Positions 47,854 to 57,707 of a DNA stretch of 60,470 bases are shown in pieces; the first letter of the stretch is position 1; each line of letters begins with the position of its first letter. A program made the translations under genes and the position numbers. The stretch spans positions 671 to 61,140 of the forward strand of contig CAORJJ010000002.1 of assembly GCA_948517135.1 (NCBI GenBank), in the 5' to 3' direction. The stretch comes from an uncultured Clostridia bacterium (lineage in GTDB: Bacteria > Bacillota > Clostridia > TANB77 > CAG-508). The notes below the pieces were generated by a model. It searched no databases and was not told the DNA's origin. It saw only the letters and a program-made list of their open reading frames with translations.

Positions 47854-49081
47854 TTGGATGGAATATTAGGTATAGTTTCTGAATATAACCCATTTCATAA
47901 TGGACATATTCATCATTTAGAATTATCAAAACAATTAACTAAAACAGCATTTACTGTTGCTGTAATGAGTGGTAATTTTGTTCAACGTGGTGATACTGCA
48001 TTAGTTGACAAATGGACTAGAACTAAAATGGCTCTTAAAGGTGGAATTGATTTAGTTTTAGAATTACCTACTGTTTATGCTATTTCAAGTGCTGAAAATT
48101 TTGCTGATGGAGCAATAAAAATTTTAAATAGTTTAGGTGTTGTTGATTATCTTTCTTTTGGAAGTGAAATAGGTGAAATATCTCCGCTTAATGATGTGGC
48201 ATCTATTCTTTATAAAGAACCAAAAGAATTTTCATCTTTAATTACCACACAATTAAAATCTGGTTTATCTTATCCACGTGCTCGTGAAATTGCTCTATCT
48301 CAATTTTTTGGAACTTCAAAAAAATATACTGATATCTTAAACAATCCTAATAATATTCTTGGAGTTGAATATTTAAAAGCAATAAAAAAACATAGAAGTC
48401 ATATAAAACCTTTAACCATAAAAAGAGATTATAGTGATTATAATAGTAAAACAGTAAAAAATGGAATAGCTAGTGCAACTGCAATTAGAACAATGATTCA
48501 AAATAATAAAAATGTTCATAGAGTAGTTCCTTTTGAAACTTACGAACTTCTTGATGAAGCAATAGAAAATGGAAAAATAATTCCTGATTTATCTGTATTT
48601 GAAAAAGAAATTATATATACTTTAAGAAGAATGACATTATCTGAAATAGCATTACTTCCAGATGTTTCTGAAGGATTAGAAAATAGAATTAAACTTACCG
48701 CAAATAATGTTAACACTTTAGAAGATTTAATTTCTAATATAAAAACAAAACGATATACTCAAAGTAGAATACAAAGAATTTTGCTATATGCGCTACTTAA
48801 CATATCTCGGAAAAGATATTAATGCCTCAAAACGTGTTACTCCTTATATACGTGTTCTTGGATTTAATAAGCATGGTAAACGAATTATTTCCGCTATTGC
48901 AGCTGCTAATCCAAAATTAAAAATAATTGTTTCAGTAAAAAAATTCATGGAAAATTCAAATGATAATACATTAAGAAATATGATAGCAAAAGATATTTTT
49001 GCTAGTAATATATATACTTTAGGTTATAAAAATGAACCTATTGCAAACTTAGATTATACACATAAAGTAATTGAAATATAA
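47854..49081 (+). pseudogene. tmcAL: tRNA(Met) cytidine acetate ligase (TmcAL / YlbM family) interrupted by a frameshift in an A4 run
   Basis: This is the only plus-strand gene. The N-terminus is GIVSEYNPFHNGH. ORFs 47854..48822 and 48788..49081 join as ...LLYALLNISRKDINASKRVTPYIRVLGFN if one A of AAAA (48811-48814) is removed. Confidence 0.8.
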
Positions 49082-49090
49082 AAATAAAAA

Positions 49091-49114
49091 AGTGGGCCCT
49101 TTGATGAGCCCACT
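49091..49114. terminator. bidirectional terminator between the convergent tmcAL and islet genes
   Basis: The AGTGGGC/GCCCACT stem has an A-run upstream and a T7 run downstream. Confidence 0.75.
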
Positions 49115-49127
49115 CTTTTTTTCCAAT

Positions 49128-49397
49128 TTACTGAACTTTTGTCTTTAAAATTTCAATCAGCTTAGAAACAGAATTAACTATTTGTTTTATATCAAGCCGA
49201 TCAACATAGTATTGAACTATATTTGCACGTATTAATTCTACCAATTCTCCACAGCCCTCTTCTTCCTTCAAAAAGGAAATCTGTTCGTTTAACATTCTAA
49301 TATGGCAATCAATGCACATATAATTAGGGTTTTTCTCAAGTCCATGCTTGATTTGTTTCAGTTTCTCGATATTATTCTTGATTTTGCTTATTTCCAT
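49128..49397 (-). CDS. hypothetical small protein (islet gene)
   Basis: 89-aa ORF with an AAAGGA RBS and a helical, K/E/I-rich sequence containing a CxxC (CIDCH). I recognise no family. Confidence 0.55.
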   Translation of the reverse strand: MEISKIKNNIEKLKQIKHGLEKNPNYMCIDCHIRMLNEQISFLKEEEGCGELVELIRANIVQYYVDRLDIKQIVNSVSKLIEILKTKVQ

Positions 49398-49449
49398 AAT
49401 AAATCAATCCTTTCTTAATACCTACAAATTGGTTACAAAAATTAAATGA

Positions 49450-49472
49450 CGGGGGAAAAATATCCTCCCCCG
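49450..49472 (-). terminator. GC-rich hairpin after the 127/165-aa islet gene
   Basis: The CGGGGGA/TCCCCCG stem is followed by a T-rich tract on the minus strand. Confidence 0.6.
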
Positions 49473-49498
49473 CCACAAGGTTTTACTGATCACAAACC

Positions 49499-49882
49499 TT
49501 AGTCTTCTTCCAGCCAGCGTTTTATACCATGTTTGATACTCTTTTCGAACTTTCTGGGAAGTCCTTTGAGATCAGCAACTACGCTGGAGCATTTCGGTGT
49601 TTCCTGTTTGATGGCAGCCTGGATTTCCTCGCAGGCAGCTTTGGTTTCCCGACGAATAACTTTGGCAGCCTCGCTACATACTTCTTTGATCTCATCCTGC
49701 ATTTCCTTGAACACCTCAACCTTGTCTCTCCTGTTGTAGTCATCCTGCATAGTTGAGATAAGATTATTCAGGTGTTTAAGGACATCGCCCCTGGTATTAT
49801 CATGGCGATCAAATCCATCGATAACCTCCAGAATTCTCTCAGCGGCATCTGCATATTCCTCCTCGGAAAGGAGATCATTCAT
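49499..49882 (-). CDS. hypothetical protein of foreign composition; the reading frame extends upstream to ATG 49996 across an in-frame TAG
   Basis: 127-aa ORF with much higher GC than its surroundings. The same frame upstream reads MKKSDIMYEVTELIQIKEALSLEN-TAG-EDVDAAIIRLSGN-M... The strong RBS (AAGGTGA) and the consensus promoter serve the upstream ATG, not ATG 49882. Confidence 0.6.
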   Translation of the reverse strand: MNDLLSEEEYADAAERILEVIDGFDRHDNTRGDVLKHLNNLISTMQDDYNRRDKVEVFKEMQDEIKEVCSEAAKVIRRETKAACEEIQAAIKQETPKCSSVVADLKGLPRKFEKSIKHGIKRWLEED

Positions 49883-50046
49883 ATTGCCACTCAGCCGGAT
49901 GATTGCTGCGTCAACGTCTTCCTAGTTCTCCAGAGATAACGCTTCTTTGATTTGGATCAGTTCGGTTACTTCGTACATGATGTCAGATTTTTTCATAATG
50001 TTGTCACCTTGACCTTTCTTAAAACATTGTTTTTTGATACTCGTAT

Positions 50047-50075
50047 ATTTTACCACATTATGTTAATTTTGTCAA
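50047..50075 (-). promoter_or_regulatory. consensus promoter of the high-GC islet
   Basis: Minus strand TTGACA (50070-50075), a 17-nt spacer, then TAAAAT (50047-50052) with an extended TG. Confidence 0.65.
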
Positions 50076-50095
50076 AGGTTTTACATAAAAATACT

Positions 50096-51244
50096 TTATT
50101 TCATCACTTCTTCAATAACTTTCGCTAAATATTTCATACTTGTATTACATTGTTCAAGAGTATTTCCTGTTGCTCCTACTTCTATAATACAAGCACCTTT
50201 AGTAACATGTTGATTATAACGTGAATTTCTTAATATTATTGGCTTAAATAACCCTGGATACATCTCATTTGCTCTTTCTTGAATTTTAATAGCCATTTTA
50301 AAATTGTAAAGCCAATCTTTATGATCTAATCCACCTCCATCAGTTCCAATAACAAACATTAATTGAGCACCTATATCATTACCAATTTTAACTGTTGGTC
50401 CATAATTACTCATACTCCCAATTGCATCTCTATGCAAATCAATAATAAATTCTGAACTAGGACTTTTAGATAATATATCTTTTATTGTTGCTAAAGATCT
50501 AGTATATGATCCAGTATATGCTGGATAATCATGATAAGTTGTATTATGATTAACATTAAAGCCTAAACTGTTTAAATTATTTGTAAGTTCTGTTCCCACC
50601 CTTGCTACACTATAATTTAAGTCTACTGTTCTAAAATTTCCACTTGACACATAATTATTTGCTTCTGTTGGCGTATAGCTTTCACATGTATGAGTATGAT
50701 ATATAATAATATCTTTTTTATTTTTGAGTTCTACATTAGGAACAAGCATTTCTTCAGTTAAATTGTATGATGATTCATTTCTAATTTTTACAGAATTATA
50801 GTTATTTGTAAATGTATCTGTTTTATTATTTTCTTTTATAACTTGTGTTTCTGCTACTGATTCTACTTTACTCATATCCTGAACTATATCTGTATTTTTA
50901 GAAGTATCACTTTTTTTATCAATGTTTATTTCATTATTTTCAAATTCTAAAACCTCCTCTTGATTTTCTTTTTCCATAAGTTCTTCCTCTTTAGAAAATA
51001 ATGCAAACTGAGAAACTAAAATTTTCTTTAACGCACTTTCACTTTTAGATTGATTATTGCAATAACTTGAAAATGCAATATTATCATCAATAGCCTTACT
51101 ATTAAATTTTATTTTATTTTTTAATTCTACAAAACTAATTTTTCTAAAAAAAATTATTAAAATTATAATTATACCTAAAACAAAAAGTAATTTTTTCATA
51201 AATTTAATAATATCTTTTATATTTATAACTGCTAAATTAATCAT
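50096..51244 (-). CDS. spoIIP: stage II sporulation protein P
   Basis: N-terminal TM followed by IIIYHTHTCESYTP and a C-terminal amidase-like region (DLHRDA, IIEVG). Start set at ATG 51244 after a GGAGAGA RBS; the track ORF begins at an upstream TTG. Confidence 0.85.
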   Translation of the reverse strand: MINLAVINIKDIIKFMKKLLFVLGIIIILIIFFRKISFVELKNKIKFNSKAIDDNIAFSSYCNNQSKSESALKKILVSQFALFSKEEELMEKENQEEVLEFENNEINIDKKSDTSKNTDIVQDMSKVESVAETQVIKENNKTDTFTNNYNSVKIRNESSYNLTEEMLVPNVELKNKKDIIIYHTHTCESYTPTEANNYVSSGNFRTVDLNYSVARVGTELTNNLNSLGFNVNHNTTYHDYPAYTGSYTRSLATIKDILSKSPSSEFIIDLHRDAIGSMSNYGPTVKIGNDIGAQLMFVIGTDGGGLDHKDWLYNFKMAIKIQERANEMYPGLFKPIILRNSRYNQHVTKGACIIEVGATGNTLEQCNTSMKYLAKVIEEVMK

Positions 51245-51297
51245 TTCTATTCTCTCCAATATCAAATTATATTAAAGAGAATAAAAAAAAGAACATT

Positions 51298-52539
51298 TTA
51301 AATGTTCTTTTTTATTTCCTCATAACTTAGTGATATTTCTTTTTCTTCTCCTGTTTGCATATTTTTTATTTTTGCACTATTAAAATTCAATTCATTTTCA
51401 CCTATAACAATAAGATTATTTGCTCCTATTTTATCTGCATATTTCATTTGGGCTTTAAAACTTTTTTCACAGATATCTTTTTCAATAATATATCCATCTT
51501 TTCTTAATTTTAATGATAATTCTAACGCTTTTTGATTTTCTTTCTCTCCTAAAGATAAAATATATAAATCAGGTTTTTTATCTTCAGTTTGAGTATTATT
51601 TTCATTATACATTTCCATAAGTCTTTCTACACCAGTAGCAAATCCAACAGCTGGAGTAGATTGGCCACCAAATTCTTCAACTAATCCATCATATCTTCCA
51701 CCACCTAAAACTGTTAAACCAGATTTCTCATCTATAAATTCAAATACAGTTTTAGTATAATAATCTAATCCTCTAACAATACTTGGATCTATTTCATATT
51801 TCAAGTTTGATGCTTCAAGCATTGATTTTACATTTTCAAAATGTTCTCTACATTCTTCACATAAATAATCAATCATCATTGGAGCACCAACATTTAATTC
51901 TTTACATCTTTTCTCTTTACAATCTAATATTCTCATAGGATTTTTTTCAAATCTTGTCTTACATATATCACAATATTCTTCTAAGTTCTTACCTATAAAT
52001 TCTCTTAATATTTTCTGATATTCACTTCTACATTTTGGACATCCTATACTATTTATTGTTAATTTTATATTAGGAATATTTAAAGCTTCAAAAATATTAT
52101 TTGCCATTAATATAATATCAACATCAGCTAAGTAGCTTTTTGATCCAATAAGTTCTGCTCCTATTTGATGAAATTCTCTAAGTCTTCCTTTTTGAACATT
52201 TTCATATCTATACATTCCCATATTATACCAAAGTTTTACTGGACTTGGCATACTTCCCATACCATTTTCCAAATATGCTCTAACAACTCCAGCAGTTCCT
52301 TCTGGTCTTAAAGTAATACTTCTTCCACCTTTATCATTAAATGTATACATTTCTTTTTGAACAACATCTGTTGTTTCTCCTACACCTCTTTGGAATAATT
52401 CTGTATGTTCAAAAACTGGAACTCTTATTTCCTTAAAATTATAACTCTCTAATACTTTTTTTACTTTATTTTCTGCTTCTTGCCATTTGTAACTTTCATT
52501 TGGCAATAAATCTTTTGTTCCTTTTGGTTTTTGTATCAT
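51298..52539 (-). CDS. hisS: histidine--tRNA ligase
   Basis: 413 aa. Motifs are KGTKDLLP, REFHQIGAE (motif 2) and GGGRYDGL (motif 3). Confidence 0.95.
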   Translation of the reverse strand: MIQKPKGTKDLLPNESYKWQEAENKVKKVLESYNFKEIRVPVFEHTELFQRGVGETTDVVQKEMYTFNDKGGRSITLRPEGTAGVVRAYLENGMGSMPSPVKLWYNMGMYRYENVQKGRLREFHQIGAELIGSKSYLADVDIILMANNIFEALNIPNIKLTINSIGCPKCRSEYQKILREFIGKNLEEYCDICKTRFEKNPMRILDCKEKRCKELNVGAPMMIDYLCEECREHFENVKSMLEASNLKYEIDPSIVRGLDYYTKTVFEFIDEKSGLTVLGGGRYDGLVEEFGGQSTPAVGFATGVERLMEMYNENNTQTEDKKPDLYILSLGEKENQKALELSLKLRKDGYIIEKDICEKSFKAQMKYADKIGANNLIVIGENELNFNSAKIKNMQTGEEKEISLSYEEIKKNI

Positions 52540-52562
52540 AACTTAATCTTCCTTTCATTAAC

Positions 52563-53213
52563 TTAGAAATCTTTTTCTCTTAATTCCATATAAATATTTC
52601 TCTCATCTTGTATCATAGTAATTTTTCCATGACCTGGATAAACAATTGTATCATCTGGAAGTGGCATTAATCTATCTGTAATTGATGTAATTAACTCAAC
52701 AAAACTACCTGTTGGTAAATCTGTTCTTCCCCATGTTCCAGAAAACATTGTATCTCCTGTAAATACCAATCCTTCTTTTTCAGCATATAAGCACACTCCA
52801 CCTTTAGTATGGCCTGGAGTTGCAATTACTTTAAACTCTATTTCTCCAATATGGATTAAATCCTCATCATCAACCCTAGAGTCTGCCTCAAGTTCAGGAA
52901 TTTCCATATTAATATATTCTGCTAAATTAATATCTTTATTATAAAGTCCTTCACTATCAGGTCTGCTTACTAAAATTTTTCCACCTTTAATTTTTTTAAG
53001 GTCAGATATTCCACCTATATGATCTGCATGGCAATGAGTTAAAAATATATATTTTAACTCAGCTCCTAAAATATCTAAAGTTTCTGCAATTCTTTCTGGC
53101 TCTCCTCCTGGATCTATTACCATTGCTTCTTTTGACTTTTCATCACAAATTACATATGAATTAGTTCTTAATCCCTTTTGAGGAGTTATTACTTGTAATC
53201 TCTTTAGTATCAT
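52563..53213 (-). CDS. MBL-fold metallo-hydrolase
   Basis: 216 aa. Motifs are THCHADHIGG and TPGHTKGG. Confidence 0.88.
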   Translation of the reverse strand: MILKRLQVITPQKGLRTNSYVICDEKSKEAMVIDPGGEPERIAETLDILGAELKYIFLTHCHADHIGGISDLKKIKGGKILVSRPDSEGLYNKDINLAEYINMEIPELEADSRVDDEDLIHIGEIEFKVIATPGHTKGGVCLYAEKEGLVFTGDTMFSGTWGRTDLPTGSFVELITSITDRLMPLPDDTIVYPGHGKITMIQDERNIYMELREKDF

Positions 53214-53233
53214 AAATTTTCTCCTTTTTAAAT

Positions 53234-55435
53234 TTATCCACGTTTACGATTTACATCATATACACTTTCAATATTTCTAAAACCAGATATTAATTTATTT
53301 AACATATCTTTATTTTCTACTTCTAGTAAAATATCTATTATTGCAATATTTTCTTTTGTTGTTTTTGTATTCATACCTGTTATTTTTATTTTGCTACTTT
53401 CAACTTGTTTTATTATATCTTTTAATAATCCATTTCTATCATTTGCTAAAATTTCAATTTCAACTTTATATGATCCATTAACATCATCAAACCAGTATAC
53501 ATCAATCATTCTATTTTCTTCATTTAATAAATCTTTAACATTTGCACAATCTGTACGATGAACTGAAACTCCTCTTCCTTTTGTTATATAACCAACGATT
53601 TCATCACCTGGTAATGGATTGCAACACTTTGATAATTTTACTAGACAGTTATCAATTCCTTTTACAACAACACCTGTTTTTGAATTTTGAGGTCTAGTAG
53701 GTTTTGCTTGTGCTAGTTCTTCAATTTTTTGTTCAAAATCTTCTTCTTCATGTTCTTTTCTGTATTCATCTAAAAGTCTTGCCATTAATTTATTTACAGA
53801 TATTCCACCAAATCCAATACTTGCATATAAATCTTCCACTGTTTGAAATTTATATCTATCCATTGCAAGTTGCAACCATTCTGGTCTTACAATATCTGAA
53901 TATTTTATACCTAATTTTTTTACTTCTTTTTCTATTAAATCTTTTCCTTTTTCGATGTTCTCACTTCTTTGTGCTCTTTTAAACCATTGATTTATTCTAG
54001 TTTTTGCTGATGAACTCTTTATAAATTTAAGCCAATCACGACTTGGTCCTTTAGATTGTTCTGAAGTAATAATTTCAACAATATCGCCATTTCTCAATGG
54101 TGTAATAATAGGCATCATCTTACTATTAATTTTACACCCAACCATTTTATGTCCAATTTGTTCATGAACACTATATGCAAAATCTATTGGTGTTGCTCCC
54201 TTAGGCAAAACTTTTATTGTTCCTTTTGGCGTAAAAATATATACTTCATCTTCAAATAATTCTTGTTTTAATGTATTTAAAAATTCATTTGGATTTTCTG
54301 TATTTTTTTGCCACTCTAATGTTTCACGAAGCCAAGCAAGTTTATCTGATGTAACAACAACAGATTTTTTAGTACCTTGATTACTAGCCTCTTTATATGC
54401 CCAGTGAGCAGCGATACCAAATTCTGCAATTCTATGCATATCCCAAGTACGAATTTGAACTTCAAATGGTGTTCCTTTTGGTCCAAGTAATGTTGTATGT
54501 ATAGATTGATACATATTCTTTTTAGGAACTGCAATATAATCTTTAAATCTTCCTGGCATAGGAGTATACATTTCATGAACAATTCCAAGAACTGCATAAC
54601 AATCTTTCACACTATCTACAAGTATTCTTAATGCAAATAAATCATAAATCTGATCTAATGTTTTATTATCTCTTTGCATTTTTCTATAAATACTATATAA
54701 ATGTTTTGCTCTACCTGTAACATCAGCCTTTATTCCTTCTGATTTTATTTCACTATCTAAGTCATCTTGAATTTTATTTATAAATGTAAGTCTTTCTTCT
54801 CTTTTTCTATCAAGTCCTGTTACTATTTCATGATAATCTTCTGGATGTAAATACTTGAAGCTTAAATCCTCTAATTCCCATTTTAAAGAATAAATACCAA
54901 GTCTATTCGCAAGAGGTGCGTATAAATCTTGTGTTTCTTCAGCATTTGCTATTTGTCTATCGCGAGTAAGATACTTTAATGTTCTCATATTATGAAGTCT
55001 ATCAGCAAGTTTTATAAGAATAACTCTAATATCTTTTCCCATTGCTAAAAACATTTTTCTATAATTTTCAACTTGTACTTCTTCTTTAGATGTATATCTT
55101 AAAGTACCAAGTTTTGTAACTCCTGCTACCATTTCAGCAATTGATTCTCCAAAATCTTTTATTAAATCTTCATGTGTTTTTGGAGTATCTTCAACAACAT
55201 CATGAAGAAGTGCAGCACATAATGTTTCATCATCCATTCCAAGTTCTGATAGTATGTAAGCCACATTAACAGGATGTATCATATATGATTCACCAGACTT
55301 TCTACATTGATCACCATGATTCTCCTTTGCATATTCATATGCTCTTTTTATAAGATTAACATCAGTATCAGGATAGTTTTCTAATTGTTTATTTATAATA
55401 TCATCAATCGTTATTTCTTTATTATTATCTGTCAT
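53234..55435 (-). CDS. relA: bifunctional (p)ppGpp synthetase/hydrolase
   Basis: 733 aa. HD hydrolase domain (LLHDVVEDT), synthetase domain (YQSIHTTL, FEVQIRT), TGS, and a C-terminal ACT-like domain. Confidence 0.95.
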   Translation of the reverse strand: MTDNNKEITIDDIINKQLENYPDTDVNLIKRAYEYAKENHGDQCRKSGESYMIHPVNVAYILSELGMDDETLCAALLHDVVEDTPKTHEDLIKDFGESIAEMVAGVTKLGTLRYTSKEEVQVENYRKMFLAMGKDIRVILIKLADRLHNMRTLKYLTRDRQIANAEETQDLYAPLANRLGIYSLKWELEDLSFKYLHPEDYHEIVTGLDRKREERLTFINKIQDDLDSEIKSEGIKADVTGRAKHLYSIYRKMQRDNKTLDQIYDLFALRILVDSVKDCYAVLGIVHEMYTPMPGRFKDYIAVPKKNMYQSIHTTLLGPKGTPFEVQIRTWDMHRIAEFGIAAHWAYKEASNQGTKKSVVVTSDKLAWLRETLEWQKNTENPNEFLNTLKQELFEDEVYIFTPKGTIKVLPKGATPIDFAYSVHEQIGHKMVGCKINSKMMPIITPLRNGDIVEIITSEQSKGPSRDWLKFIKSSSAKTRINQWFKRAQRSENIEKGKDLIEKEVKKLGIKYSDIVRPEWLQLAMDRYKFQTVEDLYASIGFGGISVNKLMARLLDEYRKEHEEEDFEQKIEELAQAKPTRPQNSKTGVVVKGIDNCLVKLSKCCNPLPGDEIVGYITKGRGVSVHRTDCANVKDLLNEENRMIDVYWFDDVNGSYKVEIEILANDRNGLLKDIIKQVESSKIKITGMNTKTTKENIAIIDILLEVENKDMLNKLISGFRNIESVYDVNRKRG

Positions 55436-55456
55436 ATTTTAATCCCCCTAAGTAAA

Positions 55457-57145
55457 CTAATATGAACGTCTTAAATCTTTCATATTAATTTGCACGCTTT
55501 CTACTCCATTAAATGAGTTAATTTCTAATACTCCTATAATATCAATTTTATCTCCAAGTTGATATTCTTCTGAATATTTTCCCATATTAAAACCTATTGC
55601 ATTTATTATTGTATTTCCATCTTTTAATGTTAATTTTAAATGTTTTCCTTCTGATAAAGCTCTAATTGAATCAATTTTCAAATTTCTATATATAAAAATT
55701 GGTGTCTTATTAGCTTCTCCAAATGGCTCTAAAAGATTTAGACTTCTTACATTTTCTAATGTTATATCTTTTAGAGAAACTTCTTTATCAATTTTAACAA
55801 CTGGAACAATGTCTTCAGTATGTGACTCTTCTGCTTTTTCTTCAAAAGCTTTAGTGAATTCTTCAAACTTTTCCTGTTTTAGACTAAGTCCAACAGCCAT
55901 TTCATGTCCACCATATTTTTCTAAATACTCACTTGTTGCACATAATGCACCATGTAAATCAAACCCTGGAATACTTCTTCCTGAACCTTTTCCTATATTC
56001 TCTTCAAAACAAATTAATATACTTGGTTTAAAATATAATTCTGTTATTTTTGAAGCAACAATTCCAATTACTCCATGATGCCAATTTTCAGAACCTAATA
56101 CTATACTATTATTTTTATCTAAATGGTCATTTTCAATTTTAGCTACTGCTTCTTCAAAAATTCTTTTTTCTATATTTTGTCTTTCTTTATTATATTCATT
56201 TAAAATATTTGTAATTCTATTAGCTTCAACAATATTTTCTGTAAGAAATAAATCTAAAGCATCTCTTTCATGTCCCATTCTTCCACAAGCATTTATTCTT
56301 GGAGCTATTCCAAAAGATACTGTATTTGAATTTACTTCTTTATATGCAGAAACATTAAGCAATGCCCTAACTCCAGGAGATTTTGTTACTTCAACTAATT
56401 TTAACCCTAGTTTAGCAATAACTCTATTTTCATCTATTAATGGAACTATATCTGATATTGTTCCTATTGCAACAATGTCTAAATACTTTAAATATTCCTT
56501 CTCATCTATTTTTAATTCTATTCCAATTGCTTGTATTACTTTAAATGCAACTCCAACACCAGCTAAACTATTAAATGGATATTTATTGTCTTTTCTTTTA
56601 CAATCAATAACTGCTAAAGCCTTTGGTAGTTCATCTAATGGTTCATGATGGTCTGTAACTATAACTTCCATTCCTAAACTATATGCATATTTAACTTCTT
56701 CTGTTCCAGAAATTCCACAGTCAACAGTAATTATTAATTTATAACCTTCTTCTGCAATTTTCTTTATTGCTTCCTTATTTAATCCATATCCTTCATTTAA
56801 ACGATTAGGTATATAAGCTCCAACATCTAATCCTCTTTCTTTAAGGAATCTAGATAATACAGTTATACTTGTTATTCCATCTACATCATAATCTCCATAT
56901 ATAATTGTTTTCTCATTATTATTAATTGCCTGTATAATTCTTTTTACTGCTGGTTTCATATCAGGCATTAAATATGGATCATGAAAGTCATTTCTTGTAG
57001 GATTTAAAAATAATTCTACATCTTTTTCATTTATAATATTTCTATTAACCAAGACTGTTGCAAGTAATTCTGAAATCTTAAATTTTTCTACAAGTTTATT
57101 AACTTTTTCCTGCTCTTGATTATAAAATTCCCACTTTTTGTTCAT
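55457..57145 (-). CDS. recJ: single-stranded-DNA-specific exonuclease RecJ
   Basis: 562 aa. DHH motifs are GDYDVDGITS, VDCG and VTDHHE. The DHHA1 motif is GGHEMAVG. Confidence 0.93.
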   Translation of the reverse strand: MNKKWEFYNQEQEKVNKLVEKFKISELLATVLVNRNIINEKDVELFLNPTRNDFHDPYLMPDMKPAVKRIIQAINNNEKTIIYGDYDVDGITSITVLSRFLKERGLDVGAYIPNRLNEGYGLNKEAIKKIAEEGYKLIITVDCGISGTEEVKYAYSLGMEVIVTDHHEPLDELPKALAVIDCKRKDNKYPFNSLAGVGVAFKVIQAIGIELKIDEKEYLKYLDIVAIGTISDIVPLIDENRVIAKLGLKLVEVTKSPGVRALLNVSAYKEVNSNTVSFGIAPRINACGRMGHERDALDLFLTENIVEANRITNILNEYNKERQNIEKRIFEEAVAKIENDHLDKNNSIVLGSENWHHGVIGIVASKITELYFKPSILICFEENIGKGSGRSIPGFDLHGALCATSEYLEKYGGHEMAVGLSLKQEKFEEFTKAFEEKAEESHTEDIVPVVKIDKEVSLKDITLENVRSLNLLEPFGEANKTPIFIYRNLKIDSIRALSEGKHLKLTLKDGNTIINAIGFNMGKYSEEYQLGDKIDIIGVLEINSFNGVESVQINMKDLRRSY

Positions 57146-57305
57146 CCTTTCCTCCCAAAATACAAATTTTCTACAATATTATATAACAAAAATTCAACAA
57201 AAGATAGTTTTTTTATCAAAAAAATAAAATTTAGGAATGCCTGAAATATTTCACATAAAAACAAAAAATGAAATTTAAGGACTATCCCTAAATTTCATTT
57301 TTCAT

Positions 57306-57638
57306 CTATAATACATCTTTTATTGATTCACCAATAATTTTATTTACATCAGCAATCATAACATTAAACTTAACTTCTTTATCGAAATATTCTTTTACAT
57401 CAGAATTTTGAACTAATATTTTGTATAGTTCTTGTAGTTTTGCTATTTTTTCTTCACTTTGTCTTTCACCTTGCATAGCTAATAATTGTTCTTCATAACG
57501 TATTTTTTCAAATTCATCAATTCTTGCTTTTAAACTTGGATCTTTTATTATTTCTTCTTTTATCTTTTTGTACTCTTGATATTCATTTGAATCTTTTATA
57601 GCTCTTGCTAAATTATTTACTGCATCATATACATTCAT
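57306..57638 (-). CDS. YlbF/YmcA family regulatory protein
   Basis: 110 aa, helical, with LARAIKDSNEYQEYKKIKEEI, typical of the family. Confidence 0.75.
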   Translation of the reverse strand: MNVYDAVNNLARAIKDSNEYQEYKKIKEEIIKDPSLKARIDEFEKIRYEEQLLAMQGERQSEEKIAKLQELYKILVQNSDVKEYFDKEVKFNVMIADVNKIIGESIKDVL

Positions 57639-57707
57639 TTTCTGCCTCCATTAATTTTATTAACATATGTCAAAATGTTCAAAACTTTCCTCTACCAATT
57701 ATTCTCA

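Noticed and set aside
49922-49924. Pyrrolysine decoding of the in-frame TAG
   Set aside because: No pyl genes or methylamine methyltransferase context appear in the window. Other genes here (fba, ylbF) use TAG as an ordinary stop.
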